This document shows, piece after piece, positions 35,006-50,329 of a DNA stretch of 64,000 nucleotides. Source of the DNA: the human T2T-CHM13v2.0 reference genome, Homo sapiens; the NCBI RefSeq assembly GCF_009914755.1, contig NC_060932.1; one strand, written 5' to 3'. Below the pieces are notes generated by a model. It was not told the DNA's origin. It worked only from the letters and a program-made list of their open reading frames with translations, and did no database searches. A program made the position numbers and the translations under genes. The stretch's first letter is position 1. The number at the start of each line of letters is the position of its first letter.

Positions 35006-35075
35006 CCTGCTTTCTTCTAGGCTATCAAATGGACCCGGTGGATCATCCAAACAAAGAAATTCTCTCACTGCAAGG
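35006..35075 (-). CDS. SNX16: SNX16 exon 5
   Basis: 70 nt, (C)[23 protein letters not shown]; acceptor tttgaaaAG, donor AGG|GTAAGT; phase matches both neighbours. Confidence 0.95.
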
Positions 35076-35861
35076 CTTTTCAAAGGAAAAAAAAAATGAT
35101 CTGAAGTACAAATAAGTTTGCAAAAGATAGCAAAAAGCAAAAGTTACTTTGAAGCTGTACAGTGTTTTAAACAAGTTGGTTATGTGTTTTCATACAAGTA
35201 ACTAAATATAAATATAAAACTATAGAAGATGCAAAGATCTTAAGGTGTTTTCTAAGATCTTAGAACATAAATATCACAAATTTATTGTTACATACAAACT
35301 ATGGGGCATAAAACATACTTCACAATAATGGTTCAAGAGACCAACATAGTGAATAGCCTCTTTATGATTTTCAAAGAAATATTAGTCTGAACTAGTCTAA
35401 CAGTCATTATCCTTTTATGAATAAATGCAATTTCTAATTTATACCTCACTTGTTTTTGTTTCAGTAGATTCTTCTAAAGTGACCGAAAAGCATTTACTCT
35501 CAAACAAGTTAAAGACTGACCTTGCAATCATGTTTATTATATTAATTTACTTAAATATTTTCCCTAGATAGTTCGAGAGAAAAAATTCTAACCATCCTAT
35601 CTCTAAATGACCACAAATTTTAAAATAGTTATTAAAAAATGATATTGTTATGCTTATACTTTGCTATTATCAGAGAAACAGGTTAAGGAGGTAGATAACC
35701 AAACTTCCTTATAATAAAAATGCCTCCCTGCCTTTCTAAAAAGCAAGTTTGGACTGTTGAACTGAGAGACAACTCTATGTACACATCAAAATATAAATGT
35801 GGATCCTTATTTTAGATTTGCAAAATAAAATCTTTACAAATTTCCTTTTACAAAGGATTTT

Positions 35862-36219
<358 letters not shown>

Positions 36220-38384
36220 TAAAAGGGAATGGGGCTTTTGGTTTCAGATTAGGCCAGACAGGTTGATGATGTCAGGAGGTGTCCATGAAGAGTTAAATGG
36301 AATTTTACATATCTTATTGTATTTAATATGCTCACATATTCTATTGTATTTAATTTTCACGACAATCAGGTAAGATTAGGATAAGTATTGGATCTTCATT
36401 CACAAATGATACCGAATTTCAGAGAGGTGAAATTACTTGCCTATTGTCAGAAAGTGCAGGTGGTAGAGCTGTACTTTCAATCTGTTCCCTGAGTGTGAAT
36501 ATGTGTCCTTTTCTACCTTTAAATTCTTCTGTCTTATGCTTTGGTTCATTTGGATTCTCCTTGCTGGACACTTCTCTCTGAAAACATCTGATTTATCTGC
36601 AACCCTCTCTAGTCATGGCCTCTAGTAGAAAACTGCAGTTGGCTGATAGCACAGAATAGAACAAGGTCTTCTGATGTAGATATTATGCTTCTATCCACCC
36701 ATTATTTATACTGGGGCACCTGCTATTACATACAAATGACTCCTAGGAAATCAATTGATCTGGGATTGAGAGGTCAAGTTTGTATGAAACCCTGAGGAAA
36801 TAGCACTTAAGACTGAAAGCAAACTGCTAAGAAACATATGGAAGGGTCCTGTTTAATACTTTCAGTATATGACAAATGTGAGACATTATTTTCTTACAGT
36901 TTTATATTCAAATTTCCTCATACTTTAATGTTGCTTTTATGTTTACAAATTACTCTACTGGACTGCTACTGCTAGGAAAGAAAAAGGGGTAAAGGAGTAC
37001 ACATATATCCCTTTTTATATCTTTGGTTTACAGTAGAAATTTAGCCAAGATGGACAGTGAATGTTGACAGTGTATCCAGCTGGAGGAATCATTTTGGAGT
37101 GGTTATTCTGTTTCATTCACCTTCCCTAAAAATCTTTATGATCTATGGCTCACTAGAGTTCTACTTACATGAAATCCAATGGATTCTTTAAGTTTTTATC
37201 CATATAGTTCCAAGGTTATACTCTATGCTTTACTTTCTTTAATCAGTAGCAGAATAAAATTTGAAACTGGCTTTACAATGTTAATTTACATAAAACCTTT
37301 TCAGTGGCTCATTACATTTCCTCTGCTTCAACAAGACTCAGTCAGTAAAGAAAGCAGTCAATACCCTCAAACTCTATTTTCTTTCTAAGGAGAGGACACA
37401 CAAGAATCTCTGGAAGATGGTAGTAATTGAGAAAACAATTCCTTTCTTAGAAATTCTGATACATTTTTCCCCCTAGGAAAGGAAACCCTCACCCTTGCTT
37501 GAGAATCACTGACTACATAACTTTATTTAGATCCAGTGAATATTTATTGACTGTCTATGTGTGCCATTATTCCTTTTATTATCTGGAATACATTTTTACT
37601 GTGTTTGGGAAACCTATTTTAAAATTGGGGTCAGGTGTTGACTTAATTTACTAAAGGCAGATAAGGAAATCACCTATGGTATCCCTCAGCATTGTTTTAA
37701 TTATCAGAGCAAATCTGTACTATAAATTCACCTGTTTCTTTGATTCTCTTGAATTTTGTTTAAAGAGTTTTACCGTATTTTCAAACTATGCTCTTAAGAA
37801 CAACATATTTGACTTTATTGCAAATTTTATAACTATCTGTAATTTAATTTCTACCAAAATAACATTTTGTAGCAAAAACCATCCAACCAACCTTAGTAAT
37901 GTGTTGATTCTCATGAGATAGCATTATATGAACTACTGTGTAAATAACTGAATTCTTCTTTCATTTTATATAAATACTAAGATTAACTTCTCTGAATATC
38001 TTAAATTTTCTTTTTTAAATTAAAAAAATAAAAACAACTTAGAGACATTAATGATCACATTTCCTGTGAAAAGATAGTTCAGGTTGCAAATGTACAAAAG
38101 TTATCTTTAAGTATTCTTGTTCAAGTAGAGAATTATTGAATTTTTTTTAACTAGAAGAAACCTAACTTGTCATCTAATCAAACATATCCCATTTAATAAT
38201 TCCCTCTTTGATACCACTGATAGTTATCTACTCTCTTCAAATAGTTAAGATGAAGAGAAATCTACTTTTTCAAAAGGCAGAACATTTTTATATTGGACAG
38301 CTTGAAATGACAAGTAACTTTTTAAAATCTGAGCTGATAGTACCTTCCTCTAACTTCTTGTTGTTATTCCTATTTTATATGTTA

Positions 38385-38545
38385 GCCTTGCTATTCAAAA
38401 TGAGGTTATTAGACCAGCCAGTATCAGCATCACCTAGAAACCTGTTAGAAATGCAAAATCTTCCCCTCACGCTTGCTGAATCAGGGTCAGCATTAACAAA
38501 TCCCAGGTGATTCACAGACACATTACAGTTGGAGAAGCACTACTC
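38385..38545. mobile_element. MER5A-like
   Basis: atcagcatcacct...tgttagaaatgcaaa...ccaggtgattc...ggagaagcact. Confidence 0.7.
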
Positions 38546-41429
38546 TTAAATATACATGATCAATCCTTCCTTCCAAAAACAATCTTTCAAATCTTTCAAG
38601 TATGTAAAGATGGCTATCATATCTCCCAAGTAGTTTTTTAAAAGAATATTCTCATTTATTTCAATTGTTCTGTCATATTAATGTTTGGATACTATTTTCT
38701 TTTCTTTAAAGCCATGAACTGCTATTAATCCAGATCCATCCTGAACTTTAAAAAAATAGATGTAGAATTAAAAATACTGAATTTTCGTACTGAATCCCTT
38801 ACAGATAAATGATAGTGTGAAGACAAATACATAACTTTAACTTTTGAATTTCGAAAAATTAAAAAGAAAAAAATGGCATGTAAGATACATGTGAAGTACT
38901 TCTAAAAATGGAGAATGGTAAAGTATTTGCTGTGCTGATTAATGACATAATAATTTAAAAGTAGTTCAAGACACTGTAAAACAAATAGCTATATTTTAAC
39001 TAAGACTGTGCAATGTAAGACTATATTCACCTTGATAAACTGACTTGCATGTTGTTCCTGGTACAAGACCTGTACCTTCTTGCTTCTGCATTTCGATTAT
39101 GATATTTCCTATCATTTGCAAAGTCCTTCTTCATCTTTCCTTGCTGGGCCAATGATCACTAATTCTTTAAAGTGCAGTTCAACTATCACCCTCTGCGAAA
39201 CCTTTTCTAATTTTCCTAGTCAAAAGTTCTCTTTTCCACCTTTAAAAGAGATCTAACTATCCATTATGATTTCTGGGGGTATGTCTTCTTTCTATTCAGT
39301 TTTTTTAAATAGGATGAGTATCTAACTCATTTTTATATAGTCAAAGCATCTTTTAAATAGTAAGCTCTAAATAAATATTTATTGAACAGATAAAATCTCT
39401 AATAAATCTGTTTATTATGTAAATATTAATGTTTTTATCTGCATCCTTACTTTGAACTTTCTAAATAAATCTGAAAACAACATTCTTTTAAAATATTCAA
39501 ATCAATAGTCCTTAACATCCATTCAATTCGTATTTTCTTCCATTTCTGCTTTGTTAAGAGTTGGAGAATATGTAGCATTAAGGGCTGCCCATTGTGTAAT
39601 GGTAAGGGCTTAGCCAAGAGGAAGGTTAAGAACTAGCCTTGTTGTAAGGTGCTAAGGATACAAAAAGTGAAAGAACAATTAATAAACAATTAATATGAAT
39701 GTATAAACAATATCAAATAATTATTTGGCCAGCTAAAGATACTAAGCTTTTTCTATGTTGCCATTCCAACTGTACCAGAATGCTAACAGGCATCCCAGCA
39801 GGTAATATGCAACTAATTGATGTTTTTATGTAGTGATTCTTACAAGCAGTTTTATGTTTTCATAAAGAAATGTTGAGATTTTGTCTTTTTTCCTTTTCTC
39901 CCTTAGGAGGGATTTCCCCCCCTTCCTTTTTAATTGTAAAAAATGAGACAATCTTCTTTCCCTCTTCTCCTACTTTGTTGGATACAATCAAGCTTTTGTC
40001 TGATGAACTACCTTATGCTCCAACTACTATTTGAATTTAGATTGCAGAGATAGTTAAAATCTTGGCTGTGCAGTACAACAGTAGTACTGATGGCAGAATC
40101 AGTGCAATAATTTAGTCTGTGATACATTTAGAATTAGGTATGTATTTCATAGAAGGAACAGTACTGAGGGATGACAAGATATAATCTCAAAAAATGTAGG
40201 AAAGTACTGTGCTAGTTTTTTAATGGATCAACCATCAATTCATAAATATTTGGCAACCTCAGACTTTCTATATACTTTCTAATTATTTGTTTCTGACTTA
40301 TATCCATTTTCCTACCCATAATCTTAAGCATTCCAGGCTCCCCAAATCCCATTCTCAGTACTGCTTGACCATTGCAAACAGCACTGATCTCCCCGCTTCT
40401 TTGAGTTCTTGTTACTTTTATAAAATGTATCATACCAAGTAGCAATTCACAAATGTCATTATTTTGTTTAAACAGGAGCCTAATTTCTCTAAATGAATTT
40501 TAAAACCAGTGAGTATATATCCCCTCTTTTATACCCTTTAACACAGGGCAAATGCATAAGATTTGCTCTGTATGAATAACCCTTCCTCCTCTTCTCTGAC
40601 TCACATTTTAAGCAATATGTTATTAAGAAGTCTCTTACATTGTGAAACAAAAAATGCCACCCATCACCTATAAAAAAGATAGTGAGTACCAAGGCACAAG
40701 TACCCTGCTTTTAATTGAATTGAGGTTATCTTCCTGCATTCCCTAAATGCCTGATAATATATGACAAAGGCAGGTAGGCAAACAAACGCAAGGCATACTA
40801 GATTCTTTCATGCAAGATTTCTTAGAACCTTTAATCCTTTAGGGATATCAAATGAAACCTTTCCCCAACTTATTTAGCTAAGAAACCTTTCTTTGCCTAA
40901 AATGCCTATTTATGAATTGAGCAAGACCATTACCACTGTTCTGAGCTATGCAGCTTTAGAAATGACAGGATCTCAAATGGCCCTAGTAATCTCTACTTTA
41001 GCAACTAAGATCTATTATCAGTATTTTAAAAATAGAGAATTCATTTATAGAATACATTTGATTTTAATTCACCATAATATTTTAAATACAGAGACATAAA
41101 GGTTTACCGAACAAGGGACAAGAGAAAAGGGGAGAGGATATGTCGACTTCTTGGTGGTAGTACAAGTCCTCTTTTATGGTATGCTATTAAACATATTTTC
41201 TTCCAAGGCTTTCTCTATAATTTTGGTGTTTACTGGTTTTTATTCCTGCTTTGTGTGTCTGAATTAACACTAATCTTTTCTCTTTTTTCTTTTGAGATGT
41301 AATATATATATATAAAGTGGGGAGCACTAATGTTTTCACCACCTAGACCACATAATCGCTAACTCTGTCACATTGGCTTCAATTTTTTTTTTCTAATACA
41401 CAGTATATCAGTGAATATCAATAGTTATA

Positions 41430-42600
41430 TCATTCACTCAAGAAGTACTTATTGAGAACCAACTATGTTAGTGCTGTGCTAAACATTAGATTGGATGGTG
41501 AATAAAATAGCCACATGACCTGTTGTTAAACATCTTACAATCAATCTGGTGGGAGAAAGACAAATATTGACAGAAATAATTATAAGCTGAAATGCTATGA
41601 AAGTGAAGTACCAATTAGCCTTTCTCAACTGAGATTCCAAGAGAGAACTGACCCCTACTGATAATGATTTAAGTGATTGTCTCAATTCTATTGAGACTGG
41701 CACATAGCTAGTATCATCTTAGAATATAGGAAATAAGTTAATTCATTACCTGTGGGTGATGAACGGTGTCTTAAAGCATCAGAGCCAGTTGAGAAGGGAT
41801 GGTACAGACTCTGTGATAGAGAACTGACCTAGTGTTTGGTGGTGGTGGTAGTGGTGGTGAGTGGTCAGTCAGGAGGCCAGTTACCTAACGAAGTGCAGTT
41901 TGTGTTGAAAACTGAAGGATGGGTAAGGTACGAGGTCAGGGTTGGATGGGGTAGTAGTGTGAAAGGCTGCCTTTTCAGGAAATAGCATATTTGAAGGCTC
42001 TGAGAAACAAGGAGCAAGCTGATTTTGGAGAATTAAAAGAAGACCAATATGGCAAATGTACAGAGAAGGGGAGGTGGGCAGGAATAACAAAACCTAAGAT
42101 TGAAAAGAAGGCAGGCAGGCAGGGACCAGAAAGAATAAGTCAAACTGCATCACAAAGATCACTGTGGCTCTACTGGGCTATAGTAGTAAGAGGGGAGGAG
42201 GAAGACCAGTGAGAAAGCATCTACAGTAATTAAGGTGAGAGATACGTGCTTGGACTAGGGTAGTGATGGCAGGGATGGAGAGAAGTAGACAGACTTGAGT
42301 GGTACTTGCAAGGGAAATGTTAAGGGTAGTGAAGGATGTGTTAAAGATGACTCACAGGTTCTGGGTAGATGATGCTGCTACAAATTGGAGGAAAAAAGTC
42401 TGCATACTAAACTTTCAAATATGTTTTAGGTTTGACGTAATTTTGAGATATCTGAAGATGTCGAGGAGACAACTGCATATATCAATCTGGAGTAGAAAGA
42501 ATGGGTTTGGCTTGTAGTTCCTTCATTAAGAGAAAAATAAGGGAGGATGGGCAGAGACCTTGAGAAGCCATCAGGCTTATGTGGCACACACTGAAAAGCA
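41430..42600 (-). mobile_element. L2 remnant
   Basis: cattcactca...ttattgagaaccaactatg 3' end followed by a purine-rich L2 body. Confidence 0.6.
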
Positions 42601-42607
42601 AGATGTG

Positions 42608-42622
42608 TATATATATATATAC

Positions 42623-42666
<44 letters not shown>

Positions 42667-42691
42667 GTGTGTGTATATCTATATATATATA
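42608..42691 (+). repeat. (TA)n-rich compound microsatellite
   Basis: Read directly. Confidence 0.9.
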
Positions 42692-43474
42692 TCGCACGTG
42701 TGTCATGCAGGAAAAAAATTGATACATGCAAAGGTTGAGAAAAAGAGGTAGAAAAAATTAGATAGAATGGTTTTCTTAATTTGTTTTCCATCCTCATGTG
42801 AAAAACTGCCCAAGACAGTTACAGGCCCAAGTTATCTATAAGCTATTGCTACACTGTAAATGCTTTCTACTTTTTTTTTCAAAGTAGTTTTAATTTATCT
42901 GATAACATAAGTTCCAAAATTAGATACTCAGCTGATATTGAACCACTAAGCAATTTTCTTGTAAATATATTCTGAAGCAAAAAACCCACATAGATCTGTT
43001 CTTTTCCTTTTTTAATGCTGTTTGGTATTTTCACTCTACCTTCTATGTAAATTAAGCCAATTTCACAATTTTAATATTTTTGCATTACTTTGGAGAAATA
43101 TAAAGAATATTACCCTTACAATTACATAGTATCATATTAACCAAAATTTTACTAATATGTAAGTGGTTTTGTTTAAGTCATTGCTAAAATACAAAATACT
43201 AAAAGTTTACCTTTGGGTGGTTTAGTACATGGTACACTGGATTTTTCACTTTACTGACTATTTAAAATAAGCTTTGATAAAAATGAAATGTCAAATAAAG
43301 TCCTTATTGAAAGAAAGCAAGAAAATCTCTTGTAGTACTTTGTTAAAGAAGACAAGTAATTATACTCCAACCCTGTATTTTTGTGCTTAAATAACTATGA
43401 TCATAGATTTATTCTTTAATTTACGCCAGTTATTGGAATGCTTTTATAATCTCTTATTTCAATTCGTTACATAC

Positions 43475-43623
43475 CAGTTAGCAATGTCCTTGTGAGCTAC
43501 TAAATTTTGAAGAAACGCTTGTAATCCTAATTGTCTGTCTTCTAAAAAGTCAGCATTGTAATTATCTTTAAACCAGCGTTTTGGAGGAAGTGCTAGTCGA
43601 AAACCTGGAAACATCTCTTTTAA
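43475..43623 (-). CDS. SNX16: SNX16 exon 4 (PX domain)
   Basis: 149 nt, [49 protein letters not shown]; acceptor ttcAG, donor TG|GTATGT. Confidence 0.96.
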
Positions 43624-43779
43624 CTGAAAAAGAAGAAAAGAGCAAATACAATGTTTAACTCAAGCACTATCAATTCTACAAAATCTATCCTGTTGACTAC
43701 ATGAAATTATTCATGAAATAAGTTTAAAATAAAAGAATTAAATTCAGTTAAGCTTTTTATGCCTTGTTTTATTTCTTGT

Positions 43780-44310
43780 TTTCTACCAGCTGTGTATACA
43801 GAAGAGTTCCAGTCTTTCCACATCCTTGCCAGAACTTGGCATTGTCCATCTTTTGAATGTTAACCATTTTAGTGGGGGTGTAGAACCATTTCATTCTGGC
43901 TATAATTTGCATTTCTTTGCTGACAAATGAAGTTGAATATCTTCTCATCTGCTTATTTGCATTTGAGTATCTTCAATGGTGAATTATGTATTAAATTTTT
44001 TAGCACCTTCCCTTTAAAAAAATTAGGTTGCCTAAGTTATAAGAGTTCTTTATATATTTCAGATACAAGTCCTTTGTCAGATACATGCATTACAAATATT
44101 TTCTCCCAACTTGGCCTGACTTTTCAATTTGTCTTAACAGAGCAGATTTTTTTTTAATTTTAATGTTATTTAATTCATCCATTGTTTCTTTTATGGTTTA
44201 TGCTTTTTTTTAGATCATAAAAAAAGTCTGCTTACTCCAAGGCTGTAAAGATTTTCTTCTATGTGTCTTTCCTAAAAGTTTAGTTTTAACTTTTATATTC
44301 TGGTTATGAC
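43780..44310 (-). mobile_element. L1M fragment
   Basis: ccacatccttgccagaacttgg...agatacaagtcctttgtcagata ORF2 C-terminal similarity. Confidence 0.7.
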
Positions 44311-44397
44311 CTATTTTATACATTTGGCTTAAATTTTACTTTCTTAGGGAAGACTTTCCCAACCCTGTAAACTAAGTGAAGTCTTCCCTTTTACATT

Positions 44398-44970
44398 CTG
44401 TTCAAGTTACCACAACTGTGTAACAAATTACCTAAAATCTCAGTGATACAAGATAACCATTTCTTAATATTAAGCTCACAGATTTTTTAGGTCAATAATT
44501 CATATGAGGTACAGTAAGGATGATATATCTCTATTATGCAATGAATTCAGGCCTCAGCTGAAAGACTTGAAGGCTGGGTGCTGGAACTGTCTGAAGTTCA
44601 CTCACTTACATCTATAGTGGATGATGCTGGCTGCTGGCTGAGAACTTTGCCAAGGTTGTCAGCCATAAGCCTAATACTGGCCTCTCCAGGTGTCTTGGAC
44701 TTTTCTTGCAGCATGGAGGCTGGCTTCAAAAGGGAGCATTCCAAGAAAGCAAGCCAGAATGAAACTGTGCACTTCTTGTAATCTAGGCTTAAAACTCACA
44801 CAGCATTATTTCCACTGACCTCTATTGGGTTGAGTAGTCGCAAGACCATCCAGGTTCAAGGGGAGGGGAAATGTATTCTATCTCTTGATGGGCAGTGGCA
44901 AGATTCAGGAAGAGCATATGGGACTAAACATACTGCTGTGGCCACTTTTAGAAAAGACAAACTGACACAC
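44398..44970 (-). mobile_element. MaLR LTR (MLT1F/G-like)
   Basis: tgtgtaacaaattacctaaaa...gatgctggctgctggctg...tcaagggggaggggaaa pattern. Confidence 0.65.
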
Positions 44971-45052
44971 ATTGTCAAATCATGAATTTATTTCTTTAAT
45001 GACATCATTCACAATGTAAACAGCACATTTAATTTAGGCTGTCTTAGTAGAC

Positions 45053-45226
45053 CAGTGATTCTAAACTCTGGCTGCACATTAGAATCACCCAGGAGTTTTA
45101 AAAGATATTAATGATTGTTTCCCATCTCTGATAGATTAGGATTTAATTAGTTGAAATGAGGCCTGGGCATTGTAATTTTAAAAAGCTTTCCAGTGGAATC
45201 CAAAGTGTAATTAAGATTGAGAACCA
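45053..45226. mobile_element. MER5B-like
   Basis: cagtgattctaaactctggctgcacattagaatcacc...ttgagaacca. Confidence 0.7.
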
Positions 45227-48200
45227 TTTTACTACACTACAATTATTATGCATGCCTTAGTCATAGTTGCATCTTTAATGTCTAGCATAGTGCCTGCTAC
45301 ATAACAAGCAGTCAACAATATATGTTCAATAAATGAATGACTGAAATGAATCCGTGTATGTTTGCATTTCTATACTTAAATATAAAATGAATATCACAAC
45401 TACAAAGGAAAAATGCACTGCATAAAATAGTGGAAAAATGGTAAATTATAACATTCTGTCTATATTTCTATAAACGTGAAGATAAAATAAATAAGGCAAA
45501 AACTAGAGAATAACTTAGATAACTAAAACCTTAATTTGATTTCAAGATGTAATTAGATATTTATGGCCTTGGAGCTTTGATATTTAATGTATCTGGACAG
45601 AAAATTAAATAACAAAAGACATGAGGGAAATGAAAATAGGCTTTTTATTAATTTTAAGCTTTATAATTTAAATTATAAAAACCATTTACAATTTAAATGG
45701 TTAGATTTTTTTTTTCCCCTTAAAAAATTGTCCACAGAAAAGAAGGAGTTGTCCCACAATTGGGTAATTCAAGAAGAGGAAGATAAGGGATAGAGAAAAT
45801 AAGATCCAACAAAGGAGAGAAATGAAAAAAAATTGCCAGAAAGACAGTGAAAGGCAATCTCAGGATGCCACTTACAAAGCTCATATGGAGGGCAGATCAG
45901 TTTAGGAGAGAGCAGCGTGACTCAAGAGACAGACATGTGGAAGAATATAACTGAACTTCTTTTTAATGTGAGGACTGAATGCCTGGTTGCATCTGCCACA
46001 GATTTTTTATATGAACCTGGAATGTCTTGACAATGAGTTGGTAAGGTCCTGCTCTCTCTCTCCCTATGCTCTGCTGCCTGGAAGCAACTGAGAACAGTAA
46101 TTTTACCTCACAGAAATGTTCAGCTTTGTCCTACTGCTGTAACCTGGAAGTAGAAATATTGAGCTTCAATTTTAAATAGAATTTAGAAAAAAACTCACTT
46201 CTCATGGCCATATTTCTACAATCAATGCATCTCCCAGTCCACCCTAAAACCCCGCCTGGTTGCCCCAACTCTGATAAGCCCTGTGCATTCCAGAATTTGC
46301 TCATGACTTTGTCCTCTGACTTCCTCAGCAGAGGCTCTTATCACTCCCAGAGAAGTTGAAGTCAGACCATAACCCAGGAAATAAAAATAAAACAAAAAGA
46401 AAATATTAATGTTCTATATAAATGTTCTCTTTCTAAGCAGTGTTATTTTAGCACATTCAATAATTTTTGTATTGCCAATTAGCTATTTGTACTTCACAAC
46501 TATATAACTGGGAAATGTAAATTCCTTAAAGTTAGAATCACATCTATATAGTTTCTACATAAGAGTAACTCCAAATTCCTAGCACAATGCTGAACTCTAT
46601 CTACTCATTTCATAAATACTTCATGATTGATTTTGTAAAATGAAAAATCCTAAGCTTTTATTTTTTACAATTATATCAATGATAACTACAATTTAAACTG
46701 TGTGTTTCTTAGTGTTTGACATACTTTTTAAAAATATTGCCAGTAAAAGCAACTGATGGGTAGAGCTCTTTCTGGTACCTATAACACCAACATAAACACT
46801 TATTAATTTTAAATGCCCATCTTGGAGGATCAAGGAGATATTTACTAAATTTAAATTAAACTCCTATCATCTTTTTTCTAAAAGATTTATCTAAATTTCA
46901 GCTTGCCTAAGAAAATACTTCAGCAATAAAGATGAAATCTAAAGAGATAATAGGAAGTAAACACTAAATAACAGTATAGTCTGAAAAGAAAAATAATGGA
47001 TTTTTTTTCATAAAGGATTAAATAGGTCTACAATGAAACTGTTTGAAATTAGTCTGCATGATCAAAATTGTAATAATTTCATTAAAAACTAAGTATTCCA
47101 CTTAACTATCAGGTAACTTCATGAATTGCTTTTATCTTTCGGCTTGTTTAGTCATTTAAAAAAATTAACAGAAGTACAGAATTATAGATTTCAAATTCAT
47201 CAGTATAATATATGAAGCTCAGGAACAGTAAATAAAATTCATATATAACTGTAGGTATACATTAAAAATAACACTTTATTTTGGCATATTACAAGAAAGC
47301 ATCTTAACCAAATCTTAAAATGGATAAAATAATTTAGCATTCCATATTTTACCTTTTCATTTAAACTGAGGTTTTTACAGTGGCAGAAAAATTTGGCAGC
47401 TAAATAACTACAAAGTTACATGGGTTTCCCATCACCAAACACTATAAAAATATACTAACTTTAAAGCTTCAAGGAGTCCAAAGAAGGAGGAAAGGACAAG
47501 TCACAAATGGGAGAGAACAGGACCAGTACAGCTTTCTTATTAAACACCTGTCAAAATTGGAGAGTAATTTCTGCATGTTCTAAGATCATCTTACTTGGCC
47601 TCTCAGAAGCATAATGAACTGCTTGCTTCTTTTAGATAAATGATTTTTCTCTTGGCTTCCAAAATATCACACCCTCTGCCTCCTGCCCCATCTAAATTTC
47701 CTCTAGCTCTGGGGACAAGGCAGCTCTTCTTTTGCTATTATATTCTAATAATAATTTACTTAATTCTTCACTTTTAGAAATTTAGGTTGCTTCCAACTTT
47801 TAACTACTAAAAGCAAAGTAAAACACAGATAAACAAAACAATATACAAAACACTGTGGTAAGTGCCCTTAAAGCTAAATATTTCCCATGTTTATGACTAC
47901 TTATATATGATAAATCCTAGAAATGTGATTATTATGTTAAATTATGCAAAACTTTTGGGTATCCCCTAGGAAGATTCATACTTCCAACGCTGGGTATTAT
48001 CATTTAAATATCTGTCAGCTTGACAGGTGAAAAAGAGTGTCTTAGTTTCCTTTTCTTGGAGTATCTGTGATATTAAGTGTTTTCCAGGTTTATTGATCAT
48101 TTATGTTTCTTCTGTGAATTATCCTGCTCATACTGTTTGTTGCATTTTTTACTTTGGGGTTCACTTTCCTAATTTAGTTTTAAGGGTTCTTAATACACTG

Positions 48201-48227
48201 AGGTTTATTATTCTTCTGTTTTGTATG

Positions 48228-48812
48228 CACAGTAGACAGAATTCTAGATGGTCCATGATCTTTGCCTCTGGTGTTACTTCTGTGATTTTATTATGTTACA
48301 TAGAAAAAGGATTTTGCAGCTGTAATTAAGGTTACTAATCAATTGACCTTAAGCTAAGATTATCTGGGTGAGCCTTATCTTACCACCTGATCCCTTTAGA
48401 CTGTTTTCTCTAGCTGGTGGCAGAGGAGAAAGTCAAAGAGCTTCAAAGTACAGGAAGAACTTGGCTCACTGTTGCTGGCTTTGAAGATGGAGGGGCTATG
48501 TACAAGGACTGGAGAGTAGTCTCTATGAAGTATGAATGATTTCTGGCTGACAATCAGCCAGGAAACAGAAAATTTGGCCCTACAACTTCAAGAAACTAAA
48601 TTCTGCCAACAACCTGAATAAGCTTGGAAGGTAATTCTCCTCCAGAGCCTCCAGATAAGTGCCCAGCCCAGCTAACAGCTTGATTTTGACTTTGCTTGAT
48701 GCTAAGCAAGGAACCCAGCTGAACCCACCCACACCACTAAATAATAAACAGGTGTTAATTTAAGCAACAAAGTTTGTGGTAATTTATTATGCAGTAATAG
48801 GAAACTAATACA
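48228..48812 (+). mobile_element. MaLR LTR (MLT1D/E-like)
   Basis: ctggctttgaagatggagg...aattctgccaacaacctgaataagcttggaag...gaaactaataCA. Confidence 0.75.
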
Positions 48813-49114
48813 ATATGTTAAATATGTTTTTGTTCATTATCTTATAGACATATATAATTTTATAATAATTCAAAAGATCTTATACACATCTTTTTCAGAC
48901 TCACAAGATAATTATTTATATTTCTGTTGGCAATTTTAAAGTTTCACATTTTTATGCTAAAAATTTTTATTTTAAAAATTTATTTAAAAAATTAATTTTC
49001 TTATGAACTAGAATGAATTTGACTCAATTAACAAAGAAAAAATATAACAGAAGTATAGGAAACAGAAAAGAATTCAAAACTGAAATGTTAGTTTGGATTT
49101 ATTATAGTACTTAC

Positions 49115-49201
49115 TTTGTCATTAAGCCTAGAGAAGTCAGTGTATCTTCTGAAAACTACCCAGCTTTCTTCTGGGGTTTTCTTTACTAGTATTTTATATA
49201 C
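49115..49201 (-). CDS. SNX16: SNX16 exon 3 (aa 126-154, PX domain including RRY)
   Basis: 87 nt, [29 protein letters not shown]; acceptor gcatAG, donor AAA|GTAAGT. Confidence 0.96.
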
Positions 49202-49972
49202 CTATGCACAGGAAGAAAAACAGACGGAGAGAAAAATATAAAAGTAAAGATATTTAAAAACTCAAGCCAAATATTTTAAAAAATTTTACTTGATAACCCA
49301 GACTATAACAATTATTATGTAAAAAATATCAAAAATCATTTAAATTATCAAAAGTACAAATAATCAATGCAGGCACCAAAAGCCAGATTTTTTCCTTAGG
49401 AAATATAACAGATTTGAGACAAAACGCTTTTTCTGTGCACACTAACAATAAACTCATCAGCTTCCAAAACATGATTTATGTCAATATATTCTAAAATTGA
49501 TTAAAAAATTATACTTGAAGAAGCTATGAAAAATAGCCACTTTTGTTCTACACAATTTTTAAACTTAATAACTATCAAGCAAAGTTTTCAAATAAGTTCA
49601 ATGTTTTTATTGCCAAGAATAAAATATGGAAGTCCTAGCCAAAGCAATCAGGCAAGATATAAATAAAAAGCATCCAAATAGGAAAAGAAGAAGTCAAACT
49701 ATGTGATTCTATGCCTAGAAAACCCTAAAAACTCTGCCAAAAGGCTCTGGGAACTGATAAAGGACTTCAGTAAAATTTCAGGATATAAAATCAATGTTTA
49801 AAAATGAATAGTATTTCCATACACCAATAACATTCAAGCTGAGAGCCAAATCAAGAATGCAATCCCATTTACAGTAGTTACACACAAAAAAACCACCTAG
49901 GCATACATCTAATCATGGAGAGGAAAGATCTCTACAGGGAGAACTACAAAACACTGCTGAAAGAAATCACAG

Positions 49973-50329
<357 letters not shown>

